64,000 nt of DNA from Candidatus Marinacidobacterium sp. (lineage in GTDB: Bacteria > Acidobacteriota > Vicinamibacteria > Marinacidobacterales > Marinacidobacteraceae). The stretch is from the NCBI GenBank assembly GCA_965220965.1, contig OZ244852.1, forward strand, positions 2,048,001-2,112,000, in the 5' to 3' direction. Within the stretch, counting starts at the first letter, position 1, and each line of letters opens with the position of its first letter. Shown one piece after another: positions 10,011-18,673 of the stretch. The notes beneath the pieces were generated by a model. The model did not search any database. It was not told the DNA's origin and was given only the letters and a program-made list of their open reading frames with translations. The position numbers and the translations under genes were made by a program.

Positions 10011-11909
10011 CTAGTTCCCGACCGTCAGCAGGACCTGTCCTTCGACCACCGCGTCGCCCACCGCGGCGGCCGGCGGACCGAGCCGTCCCGCGGCCGGCGC
10101 GCGCACCTCCCAGTGCATCTTCATCGACTCGATCACGGCCACCGCCTCCCCCTGCTCGACCGCGGCGCCCGGCTCGTCACGGATGCGCAGCAGCCTGCCG
10201 GCGAGCGGGGCGCGCACTTCGGCCCCGCCTGAGGCGCTCTCCTCCTTCCGCCGCGCCCCCTCGAGCGTCAGCCGCAGGGTCCCGCCCTTCGCCGAGAACC
10301 AGGCCACGCCGTCCGCGCCCGGCCCGGTGGCCACGACCCGGAGCGCCTCGTCGCCTCCCGGAGCGTGGAGCAGCGCCTCGCCGGGCCGGCCGCTCGGCCC
10401 GATCCGGGGGAAGACCCCTTCCGCCTCCCCGACCCGGCGAAACAGCCCGGCGCCCGGACCCGGCGACCTCCCGGAGGACGCCGCGACGACCGCCTCCCCC
10501 ACCCGGGGTCGCTCCAGGAGCTCCTTCGCCCAGGCGGGGAACGTCTCCTGCGCGAGCTCGCCCACCTTCTCCTCGACCCAGCCGGTGTGCGCGCGGCCAT
10601 CCCGGAAGTCCCCGTGGCGCAGGATCGCGGCGAGGAGCGGCAGGTTCGTCTCGACCCCGTGGACCACGGCTTCGTCGAGCGCCGCCGCCAGCGCGTCCGC
10701 CGCCTCATCGAGCGACACCGCGCGCCGGATCGCCTTGAACAGGAGCGAGTCGAACCCCGGAGGCGCCGCGCTCCCCGCCTCGACCCCCGAGTCCACCCGG
10801 ACGCCTGGCGGCGGGCGGTAACGGCGGATCCGCCCGGGGCTCGGCGCGAACCCCTCGCGGGGCGACTCGGCGAGCACCCGCGCCTCGATCACCGCCCCCG
10901 AGGGAACGAGCGGCTCGAACTCCTCCGGCGCCGCCGGGGCGGGGAGCGACGCCGGCCACTCCCCGAGCGCCAGCGCGAACTGGGCGTCCACCAGGTCCAC
11001 GCCGTAGGCCTCCTCGGTGACCGGGTGCTCGACCTGGAGCCGGGTGTTCACCTCGAGGAAGTGGAAGGCGCCATCGGGCTCGAGCAGGAACTCGACGGTC
11101 CCCGCGCCCCGGTAGCGGCTGGCCGCGACCAGCCGGAGCGCGGCTTCCCCCAGTCTTCGCCGCAGGCCGGGCGTCACGCCGAACCCGGGCGTCCACTCGA
11201 GGAGCTTCTGCCGGCGGCGCTGGACGGAACACTCGCGCTCGCCGAGGTGGATCCCGCCTCCCTCGCCGTCGCCGAAGACCTGGACCTCGACGTGCCTCGG
11301 GGCGTCCACCCAGCGCTCCACGTAGACGGTCCCGTCGCCGAACGCCGCGCTCGCCTGCGCCGCCGCCGCCTCGAGCGCCCGGGGGAGCTCCGCGGGATCG
11401 CGCACAACCCGGATCCCGATCCCCCCGCCGCCGGCGGCCGCCTTCACCGCCCAGGGCGAAGCGAGGCCGGCCCGCTTCAGCGCTCCGAGCGGGTCCCCGT
11501 CCCCGAGGGCGGCGGCCTCGACCCCGGGGAGCACCGGGACGTCCGTCGCGACCGCGAGCCGCCGCGCCTCCTGCTTGTCGCCGAGAAGCCGCATCGCGTC
11601 GGCGGTGGGCCCGCAGAACGCGATCCCGGCCGCTTCGGTGGCGGCGGCGAAGTCGGGGCTCTCGGAGAGGAACCCGTAGCCCGGGTGGAGGAGGTCGGCG
11701 CCCCAGTCGGCCGCCGCCGCGACGACAGCCTCCCGGTCGAGGAAGCTCTCGACCTGGAGCACCCGGTCCACTTCGGCGCGGATCGGGGCGCCGCGGTCCG
11801 CGGGCGTCGAGATCGCCGCCGCCTCGAAGCCCCGCGCGCGGGCGGCGCGAAGGATCCGCCGGGCGATCTCGCCGCGGTTCGCGATCACGAGCCGCGGCGG
11901 GGAAGCCAC
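10011..11909 (-). CDS. Acyl-CoA carboxylase alpha subunit (biotin carboxylase + biotin carrier; LiuD/AtuF-like)
   Basis: ANRGEIA, HPGYGFLSE, ERECSVQRRRQK, FLEVNTRLQVEHPVTE, and C-terminal ESMKM biotinylation motif. Confidence 0.92.
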   Translation of the reverse strand: MASPPRLVIANRGEIARRILRAARARGFEAAAISTPADRGAPIRAEVDRVLQVESFLDREAVVAAAADWGADLLHPGYGFLSESPDFAAATEAAGIAFCGPTADAMRLLGDKQEARRLAVATDVPVLPGVEAAALGDGDPLGALKRAGLASPWAVKAAAGGGGIGIRVVRDPAELPRALEAAAAQASAAFGDGTVYVERWVDAPRHVEVQVFGDGEGGGIHLGERECSVQRRRQKLLEWTPGFGVTPGLRRRLGEAALRLVAASRYRGAGTVEFLLEPDGAFHFLEVNTRLQVEHPVTEEAYGVDLVDAQFALALGEWPASLPAPAAPEEFEPLVPSGAVIEARVLAESPREGFAPSPGRIRRYRPPPGVRVDSGVEAGSAAPPGFDSLLFKAIRRAVSLDEAADALAAALDEAVVHGVETNLPLLAAILRHGDFRDGRAHTGWVEEKVGELAQETFPAWAKELLERPRVGEAVVAASSGRSPGPGAGLFRRVGEAEGVFPRIGPSGRPGEALLHAPGGDEALRVVATGPGADGVAWFSAKGGTLRLTLEGARRKEESASGGAEVRAPLAGRLLRIRDEPGAAVEQGEAVAVIESMKMHWEVRAPAAGRLGPPAAAVGDAVVEGQVLLTVGN

Positions 11910-11915
11910 CGGCCG

Positions 11916-12731
11916 CTACTCCCGCGCTCCCTCGTCCCGACGGGGAGACCAGGGCGGCGGCGTCCGGGTGAAGAACGCGGAAGTCCCGGCCTGGCCCTCG
12001 TCCCCCGCCCGGGCGGCGGCGATCGTCCGGACCGTGAGGTCCTCGATCTCGGCGGAGGGGAGCGGCGCCTCCCGGAGCATGAGCGCCTTGGCGCGGCGGA
12101 CGGCGCGGGGGGCGCTCTCGAGGTGCTCGCGCACGATCTCGTCGAGCGCCTCGTCCAGCGCGTCCGCGGGGACGGCCCGGTGGGCGATGCCCCGGGTTAC
12201 GGCCTCCGCGCCACGGAAGACGGCGCCGCCGAGCAGCAGCGGCCCGGCGAACCCCGGGCCCAGCCGCCGCACGACGTACGGCGAAATCACCGCCGGGACC
12301 AGCCCGAGCCGGGCTTCCGGCGTCCCGAACCGGGCGTCCTCGGCGGCGAGCACGAAGTCGGACGCCACCGCGAGCCCGAACCCGCCGCCGATGGCCGCGC
12401 CCTGGACCCGCGCGATGACCGGCGCCGGGAACGCCGCGACCGAGCGGAAGAGGCGGGCGAAGCGCCGCGCGTCCTCCCGGTTCGCTTCTTCGTCCGCCCT
12501 CCCGGCGTCGCGCATCGCGCCCAGATCGGCCCCGGCGCAGAAGATCTTGCCCTCCCCGGCAAGCACGACCGCGCGGCACGCCTCGGGCGCAAGGGCCGCC
12601 GCCTCGTCGAGGAGGTCCGCGATCCCGGTCACCATCTCCGGGCTCAGGGCGTTGCGCGCCTCCGGGCGGCGGAGGGTCAGGCGGACGACGCCGTCGGTCC
12701 CGGCCGCCAGTTCGAGGTGCGTTCGGGTCAT
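11916..12731 (-). CDS. Enoyl-CoA hydratase (methylglutaconyl-CoA hydratase, LiuC-like)
   Basis: FCAGADL, GAAIGGGFGL, FGTPEARLGLVPAVISPYV. ATG at 12731 overlaps the atuA stop. Confidence 0.88.
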   Translation of the reverse strand: MTRTHLELAAGTDGVVRLTLRRPEARNALSPEMVTGIADLLDEAAALAPEACRAVVLAGEGKIFCAGADLGAMRDAGRADEEANREDARRFARLFRSVAAFPAPVIARVQGAAIGGGFGLAVASDFVLAAEDARFGTPEARLGLVPAVISPYVVRRLGPGFAGPLLLGGAVFRGAEAVTRGIAHRAVPADALDEALDEIVREHLESAPRAVRRAKALMLREAPLPSAEIEDLTVRTIAAARAGDEGQAGTSAFFTRTPPPWSPRRDEGARE

Positions 12732-14641
12732 GGGACCTCCGGGGCGTAGGACGGCGAGAGCGCGCGGTCTTCGGGGGCGATCGTCCCGAGCAGATCGGCG
12801 GGAACGGCCACCGGGCGGCGCAGCAGGTCCTGCGCCAGCGTCTTTCCTTGCGGATCGAGCAGCAGGCTGCGGGTCCCTCCGCCGCCGAGCGCTCGTTCGA
12901 GGATGAAATTGAGCGCCCACAGCCCCGGAAGGTCGAAACGGGTGACCGGCCCCCCGGCGATCCCCCGGGTCCACTCCGCCATCCGCTCGGCGGTCAGGTT
13001 GCGGGCGAGCCATGCGTGGCACGCGGCGCTCCGGCCGATGACCCCGAGGTTCGCGGCGTCGCCCTTGTCGCCGCCGCGGGCGTGGGCCACCGCGCCCAGC
13101 GGAACCGTGCGGAGCGGACCTTCCGGCGGGGGCGCTGCCGGCGCGCGACCCGGCGCGGGCGACCGGCCCGCCCCTGGAGTCTGCGTGACGCCCCCGGGCC
13201 GGAACTCCTCCTCGGCGATGGTCTCGACGCCTCCCCCGGCCGACTGGCGGAAGACGCGCACCCGCGCCGGGACGCGCTCCCTGGGAACGAGCGCCGGCCA
13301 GTAGCCGACGACGTCGGAAACGGCGGGCGCCCCGCCGGTCACCGCGAGCCCGGCGGGACCGCTCAGTATGAGGCTCGAGAGCAGCTTGCGGAAGACGAGC
13401 AGCGGCGCCCGTTCGGTCGCGAACGCGGCGAAGCGCGCGAGGCCTTCTCCCGGTTCGGGAACCTCGCCGCCGAAGCCCCGCTGCGCCGCTCCGTCCCCGG
13501 CGAGATCCACCCGGAGTTCGTCGGGCGGCGCGCACCCGGCGGCGGCGCAGTCGGCTTCCAGGCGCTCCCGGAAGGCCGCTTCGAGCGCACGGACCTTGGC
13601 CCGGACATCGGGGCCTCCGACGACCAGCGCGCCGCGGGCCGCGTAACCGGAAGCCAGCGAGGCGCTCACCTTCAGATCCGGGGGCGGCGGCCCGCCCCGC
13701 GCGCCCTCGACGGCGACCCGGTCGGGGCCCTCCGCCTCGACCCGAAGCCCGGAGAAGTCCACCGTGGCGTCCGGGCAGAGATAGCCGGACGGATCCCCCA
13801 GTTCGTAGAGGAGCTGCTCCCTCGCCACCGCCGGCGTCACGAGGCCGCCGGTTCCCGGCTGCTTCGTGAGGGTGAACCGGCCGGAGGCCTCCACCTCGAC
13901 CACCGGGAACCCCTGGCGGGCGAGCCCGGGGACCCGCCCCCAGTCGGTGAAGTTGCCGCCGGTGGCCTGGACGCCGCACTCGATGAGGTGCCCGGCCACG
14001 ATCCCGCCGGCGAGCCGGTCCCAGTCGTCGGGCGCCCAGCCGAGCGCGTGGCGGATGGCGGCGAGCGTGATGCCGGTGTCGGTGACCCTTCCGGTGATGA
14101 CCACGTCGGGCCGGTGCGCCAGCGCCCGGACGACCGGTTCGGCCCCGAGGTAGGCGTTCGCCGAGAGGACCGCCGCCCGCCGGGGACCGAAGGACTGCCC
14201 GGTCTCCATGTTGTCGAAGGAGACGCCATCGGCGAGGAGCGCATCGAGGCGGTCCATCAGGTCGTCGCCGTCGACCACACCGACGACCAGCGGCTCGCCG
14301 GCGGCGCGCGCCGCCTCGAGCACCGCGCGGGCGCAGGCGGCCGGGTTCACCCCGCCGGCGTTCGCGATCACCGTGATCCCGCGCTCCCGGATCGCGCCGA
14401 GGAGGGGGGCGAGCTGGGTCACGAAGTCGCGGGCGTAGCCCCGTTCCGGATCGCGGGCGCGCTGCTTCTGAAGGATGCTCATCGTGATCTCGGCGAGGTA
14501 GTCCGCCGTCACGAACCGCGGCGGGTCCGCGCCGAGAACCTGCTGGCGCAGCGCCCCCGGGTCGTCGCCCCAGTAGCCCCCGGCGTTGCCGACGCGCACG
14601 CTCCCCCCGGAAGCGGAAGGTGGTGGCGCGGCCGTGGACAA
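12728..14641 (-). CDS. atuA: Acyclic terpene utilization AtuA family protein (DUF1446)
   Basis: GNAGGYWGDD, DYLAEITM, NAYLGA, VITGRVTD, GHLIECGVQATGGN, EQLLYE, ARGGDKGD and DPQGK. Confidence 0.88.
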   Translation of the reverse strand: MSTAAPPPSASGGSVRVGNAGGYWGDDPGALRQQVLGADPPRFVTADYLAEITMSILQKQRARDPERGYARDFVTQLAPLLGAIRERGITVIANAGGVNPAACARAVLEAARAAGEPLVVGVVDGDDLMDRLDALLADGVSFDNMETGQSFGPRRAAVLSANAYLGAEPVVRALAHRPDVVITGRVTDTGITLAAIRHALGWAPDDWDRLAGGIVAGHLIECGVQATGGNFTDWGRVPGLARQGFPVVEVEASGRFTLTKQPGTGGLVTPAVAREQLLYELGDPSGYLCPDATVDFSGLRVEAEGPDRVAVEGARGGPPPPDLKVSASLASGYAARGALVVGGPDVRAKVRALEAAFRERLEADCAAAGCAPPDELRVDLAGDGAAQRGFGGEVPEPGEGLARFAAFATERAPLLVFRKLLSSLILSGPAGLAVTGGAPAVSDVVGYWPALVPRERVPARVRVFRQSAGGGVETIAEEEFRPGGVTQTPGAGRSPAPGRAPAAPPPEGPLRTVPLGAVAHARGGDKGDAANLGVIGRSAACHAWLARNLTAERMAEWTRGIAGGPVTRFDLPGLWALNFILERALGGGGTRSLLLDPQGKTLAQDLLRRPVAVPADLLGTIAPEDRALSPSYAPEVP

Positions 14642-14648
14642 GGCCGGG

Positions 14649-16256
14649 CTACATGCGGAAGATCCCGTGGCGGGATCCGGCCGGCTCGCTGTTCATGGCG
14701 GCGGCGAGACTCAGCGCGAGCGTCCGCCGGGTGCGCCGCATGTCGATCACCCCGTCGTCCCAGAGGCGGGCGCTGGCGTGGTGGGGGTGGCCCTCGCGCT
14801 CGTAGCGGGCGCGGACCGGACCGGCGATGGCCTCCGCCTCCTCGTTCGAAAGGCTCTCCCCGGCGCGCTCGCGCTGGTCGCGCTTCACCTGGACCAGCAC
14901 CGACGCCGCCTGTTCGCCGCCCATGACCGAGATCCGGGCCGACGGCCACGACCAGACGAACGCCGGGTCGAAGGCGCGGCCGCACATCGCGTAGTTCCCG
15001 GCGCCGAAGCTGCCCCCCGCGATCAGGGTGATCCGGGGGACTCCGGCGGTCGCCACCGCGTTGACCAGCTTGGCGCCGTCCTTCGCGATCCCGCCCCGTT
15101 CGTAGCGGGCGCCCACCATGAAGCCGGTGATGTCCTGGAGGAAGAGCAGCGGCAGTCCTTCGCGCGAACAGATCTGGATGAAGTGCGCCCCCTTGAGCGC
15201 GCTCTCGCTGAACAGGACGCCGTTGCTCGCCACCACCCCGACCGCGATGCCCTCGATGTGGGCGAAGCCGGTCACCAGGGTAGTTCCGTAGCGCTCCTTG
15301 AACTCGTCGAGGCGGCTGCCGTCGAGCAGGCGGGCGAGCGTCTCGCGGATGTCCACCCGCACCCTCGGATCGCGGGGCCAGACCCCGGGAAGCTCTTCCT
15401 CGGGGTAGTCGGGGGGCTCCGGATCACGCGCCTTGAGCCGCCCGGTCCGACCCGCCGGGAGGCGGGAGACGGCGCGGCGCAGCGTCTCGAGCGCCTCCTC
15501 GTCGTTCGCCGCGACGTGGTCGGCCACGCCCGATTGCTCGGTGTGGACCCGCGCCCCGCCGAGTTCCTCGGGGGTCACTTCCTCGCCGGTGGCGGCCTTC
15601 ACCAGCGGCGGGCCGCCGAGGTAGATCGTCCCGGCGCCGGAGACGATGACCGTCTCGTCGCTCATCGCCGGGACGTAGGCGCCGCCGGCGGTGCACATGC
15701 CGAGGACGGCGGAGAGTTGCGGGATCCCGCGCGCGCTCATCACCGCCTGGTTGCGGAAGATGCGGCCGAAGTGGTCCCGGTCGGGAAACACCTCGGCCTG
15801 AAGCGGGAGGTAGGCGCCGCCACTGTCCACCAGGTAGACGCAGGGGAGCTCGCAGGCCTCGGCGATTTCCTGGGCCCGCAGGTGCTTCCTGACCGTCAGC
15901 GGAAAGTAGGCCCCGCCCTTCACGGTGGCGTCGTTCGCCACGACCATGACGAGACGGCCGGCGACCGACGCGACGCCGGTCACCAGCCCGGCCGAGGGGG
16001 TCGGAACGTCGTAGCAGTCGAGCCCGGCGAGCGGCGCCACTTCGAGGAACGGCGTCCCGGGGTCGGCGAGCCGCGCGATCCGCTCGCGGGCGAACAGCTT
16101 CCCCTGGTCCCGGTGGCGCTTGCGAGCGCGTTCGCCGCCGCCGGAGCGCGCCTCGCCGAGACGCGCTTCGAGATCCTCGCAGGCCGCCCGCCAGTGGGCC
16201 TCGTTCTCCCGGAACTCCTTGGAATCGGTGGAGATATGGGATCGGATCCGGGCCAA
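14649..16256 (-). CDS. Acyl-CoA carboxylase carboxyltransferase (methylcrotonyl-CoA carboxylase beta, LiuB-like)
   Basis: ANDATVKGG, KHLRAQEIA, LVDSGGA, CTAGGAYVPAMSDE, GGSFGAGNYAMCGR, ARLWDDG, terminal GIFRM. Start placed at TTG 16256 to avoid overlapping the divergent gene. Confidence 0.9.
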   Translation of the reverse strand: MARIRSHISTDSKEFRENEAHWRAACEDLEARLGEARSGGGERARKRHRDQGKLFARERIARLADPGTPFLEVAPLAGLDCYDVPTPSAGLVTGVASVAGRLVMVVANDATVKGGAYFPLTVRKHLRAQEIAEACELPCVYLVDSGGAYLPLQAEVFPDRDHFGRIFRNQAVMSARGIPQLSAVLGMCTAGGAYVPAMSDETVIVSGAGTIYLGGPPLVKAATGEEVTPEELGGARVHTEQSGVADHVAANDEEALETLRRAVSRLPAGRTGRLKARDPEPPDYPEEELPGVWPRDPRVRVDIRETLARLLDGSRLDEFKERYGTTLVTGFAHIEGIAVGVVASNGVLFSESALKGAHFIQICSREGLPLLFLQDITGFMVGARYERGGIAKDGAKLVNAVATAGVPRITLIAGGSFGAGNYAMCGRAFDPAFVWSWPSARISVMGGEQAASVLVQVKRDQRERAGESLSNEEAEAIAGPVRARYEREGHPHHASARLWDDGVIDMRRTRRTLALSLAAAMNSEPAGSRHGIFRM

Positions 16257-16327
16257 GCGCGTTCCTGTCGGCTGCCCGGATTCTAGTGGGCGGTGGCGCG
16301 CCATCGGGGCCCGTACACTGGGGTTCC

Positions 16328-17416
16328 ATGGCCTCGTCGCCACCCGCCCGCCGCGCCTCTCCCGCCGACCCGAACGGGTTCGAGCGGGCGCTTGCGCGGT
16401 TCCCCCGAGCCGGGCTGACGCACCTGCCGACCCCGCTCGAGGAGATGCCGAACCTGACCGCAGAGCTCCAGGGTCCGCGCCTGCTCGTGAAGCGGGACGA
16501 TCAGACCGGGCTGGCGCTCGGCGGGAACAAGGCGCGCAAGCTGGACTTCATCCTCGCCGACGCGAAAGCCCGCGGCTGCGACAGCGTCGTCACCTGGGCG
16601 GGCCTCCAGTCGAACTGGGCGCGCATGACCGCGGCGGGCTGCCGCCGCCTGGGGATGCGGGCGGTCCTCGCGCTGAAGCGGCGGGAGGACCAGCCGGTCG
16701 CGCCCGCCGACGGCAACCTGCTGCTGGACCGGCTCCTCGGGGCCGAGATCCACGTCGTGGAACCGGACGGCGATCGCGAGGCCGAAGCGGCGCGCCTCGC
16801 CGAAGCCGAGCGCGCCGCCGGCCGCCGTCCCTACCTCATCCCGGTGGGCGGCTCGGTCGTGGGAGGGTCCATGACGGAGCCCCTCGGCGCCATCGCCTAC
16901 GCCGACGGCTTCCGCGAACTCCTGATCCAGGCCCGGGACCAGGGCGTCCAGCCGACCCACGTGGTCCACGGCTCCGGCTCGCTCGGGACCCAGGCCGGCC
17001 TGTTGGCCGGCGCGCTGGCGCTCGCCCCCGAAGTCGACATCCTCGGGATCGCCACTGGCGGCCACGAGGAGGAGGGCGCGACGGAGCTCGCCGCCATCAC
17101 CCGCCGCACGCTCGCGGCGCTCGGCCTCCCGGAAGAGATCCCGCCCGGGAGTGTCCACTACGACGAGAACTACATCGGCGGGGGTTACGGGGTGCTGAAC
17201 CCGGAAACGGCGCGCGCCGTGCTCCGTGTCGCCCGCTCCGAGGGCCTCCTGCTCGACCCGGTCTACTCGGGAAAGGCGATGGCCGGCCTGCTCGACCTCA
17301 TCCGGCGGGGCCGTTTCGCTTCCTCCGATACGGTCGTCTTCCTCCACACCGGCGGCGCCCCGGGACTGTTCCCCTACCGCGAGACGCTCGAAGCGGCGCT
17401 GTCCGCCGCCGGCTGA
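16328..17416 (+). CDS. D-cysteine desulfhydrase family PLP enzyme (cytoplasmic copy)
   Basis: KRDDQTGLALGGNKARKL (PLP Lys), QSNW, LDPVYSGKAM, FLHTGG. ATG 16328 follows TACACT. Confidence 0.88.
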   Translation: MASSPPARRASPADPNGFERALARFPRAGLTHLPTPLEEMPNLTAELQGPRLLVKRDDQTGLALGGNKARKLDFILADAKARGCDSVVTWAGLQSNWARMTAAGCRRLGMRAVLALKRREDQPVAPADGNLLLDRLLGAEIHVVEPDGDREAEAARLAEAERAAGRRPYLIPVGGSVVGGSMTEPLGAIAYADGFRELLIQARDQGVQPTHVVHGSGSLGTQAGLLAGALALAPEVDILGIATGGHEEEGATELAAITRRTLAALGLPEEIPPGSVHYDENYIGGGYGVLNPETARAVLRVARSEGLLLDPVYSGKAMAGLLDLIRRGRFASSDTVVFLHTGGAPGLFPYRETLEAALSAAG

Positions 17417-17506
17417 GCCGAGGGCCGCGCCCTCCCCGGGAGGACTGGCGCCGCCCGCGAGGCCGCGGGGCCCTTACACTGGCCGATCAAGAAGGAGGCC
17501 GCCAAC

Positions 17507-18652
17507 ATGAACACCCGTCTTCCCCTGGGGGCCATAGCGGCCCTCGCGCTTCTGACCGCAGTGTCCTGCGGCGGCGCTGGCGCTGGCGCCGGCGACCTGG
17601 AGACGAGGGACCCGTCGGCGGTCTTCGGCGAGGCGCTCGGCCAGTTCGAGCGCGAGCCGCTGGCGCACCTCCCGACGCCGTTCGAGGAGCTTCCCCGGCT
17701 CGCCTCCGAGCTCGGGGGACCGCGCATCTTCGTCAAGCGGGACGACCAGACCGGGCTCGCCTTCGGGGGGAACAAGGCGCGCAAGCTGGACTTCATCCTC
17801 GCCGACGCCGTGCGGCAGGGGAGCGACACCGTGATCACCTGGGCGGGCGTGCAGTCGAACTGGGCCCGGATGACGGCCGCCGGTTCGCGGCGGCTGGGCA
17901 TGCAGCCCATCCTCGTGCTCCAGCGGGGTGAGGACCAGTCCGTTTCTCCGGCGGACGGCAACCTCCTGCTCGACCGCATCCTGGGCGCCGACGTGCGGAT
18001 CCTCGAGCCCGGCGAAGACCGGGAGGCGAGAGTCGAAGAGATCGCCGCCGCCGAGCGCGAGGCGGGGCGGAACCCGTACGTGGTCGCCGTCGGCGGCTCG
18101 CACACCGGGGGCTCGATGGACGAGCCGCTCGGCGCGGTGGCCTACGCGAACGCCTTCCGCGAACTCCACGAACAGGCGCGGCGACAGGGCGTGACGATCA
18201 CCCACGTGGTCCACGCCTCGGGTTCGGGGAGCACGCAGGCCGGCCTCGTCGTGGGGGCGAAGGCGATCGCGCCCGAGGTGCGGATCCTCGGGATCAGCAG
18301 CGGCGGGACCAAGGCACGGGGCGAGGCGAACGTGCTCGCCATCGCCCGGGAGACCGCGGGGGTGATGGGTCTGGAAGTCGGGATCGAACCGGAGGACGTG
18401 GTCGTCTTCGACGACTACGTGGGCGAGGGCTACGGCGTGCTGAACGAGGCGGTTGTCGAGGCGATCGCCCTGACGGCGCGCACCGAGGGGCTGCTGCTGG
18501 ACCCGGTCTACACCGGCAAGGCGATGGCCGGCCTGTTCGACCTCGCCCGTTCAGGGCACTTCACCGAAGGCGACGCCGTGGTCTTCCTGCACACCGGCGG
18601 AACGCCGGCGCTCTTCCCCTACCGCGAGGGAGTCCTGGAGGAGCTGCCCTAA
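17507..18652 (+). CDS. D-cysteine desulfhydrase family PLP enzyme with lipoprotein signal peptide
   Basis: Same motifs (GGNKARKL, LDPVYTGKAM, FLHTGG). AAGGAGG RBS. N-terminus MNTRLPLGAIAALALLTAVSC. Confidence 0.88.
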   Translation: MNTRLPLGAIAALALLTAVSCGGAGAGAGDLETRDPSAVFGEALGQFEREPLAHLPTPFEELPRLASELGGPRIFVKRDDQTGLAFGGNKARKLDFILADAVRQGSDTVITWAGVQSNWARMTAAGSRRLGMQPILVLQRGEDQSVSPADGNLLLDRILGADVRILEPGEDREARVEEIAAAEREAGRNPYVVAVGGSHTGGSMDEPLGAVAYANAFRELHEQARRQGVTITHVVHASGSGSTQAGLVVGAKAIAPEVRILGISSGGTKARGEANVLAIARETAGVMGLEVGIEPEDVVVFDDYVGEGYGVLNEAVVEAIALTARTEGLLLDPVYTGKAMAGLFDLARSGHFTEGDAVVFLHTGGTPALFPYREGVLEELP

Positions 18653-18673
18653 CCTGGATTCCGGTGTCGCGGA

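Noticed and set aside
16328-18652. ACC deaminase (acdS) call
   Set aside because: Both copies lack the diagnostic Glu (DPVYEGK) and Leu (HLGG); they have S/T and HTGG instead.
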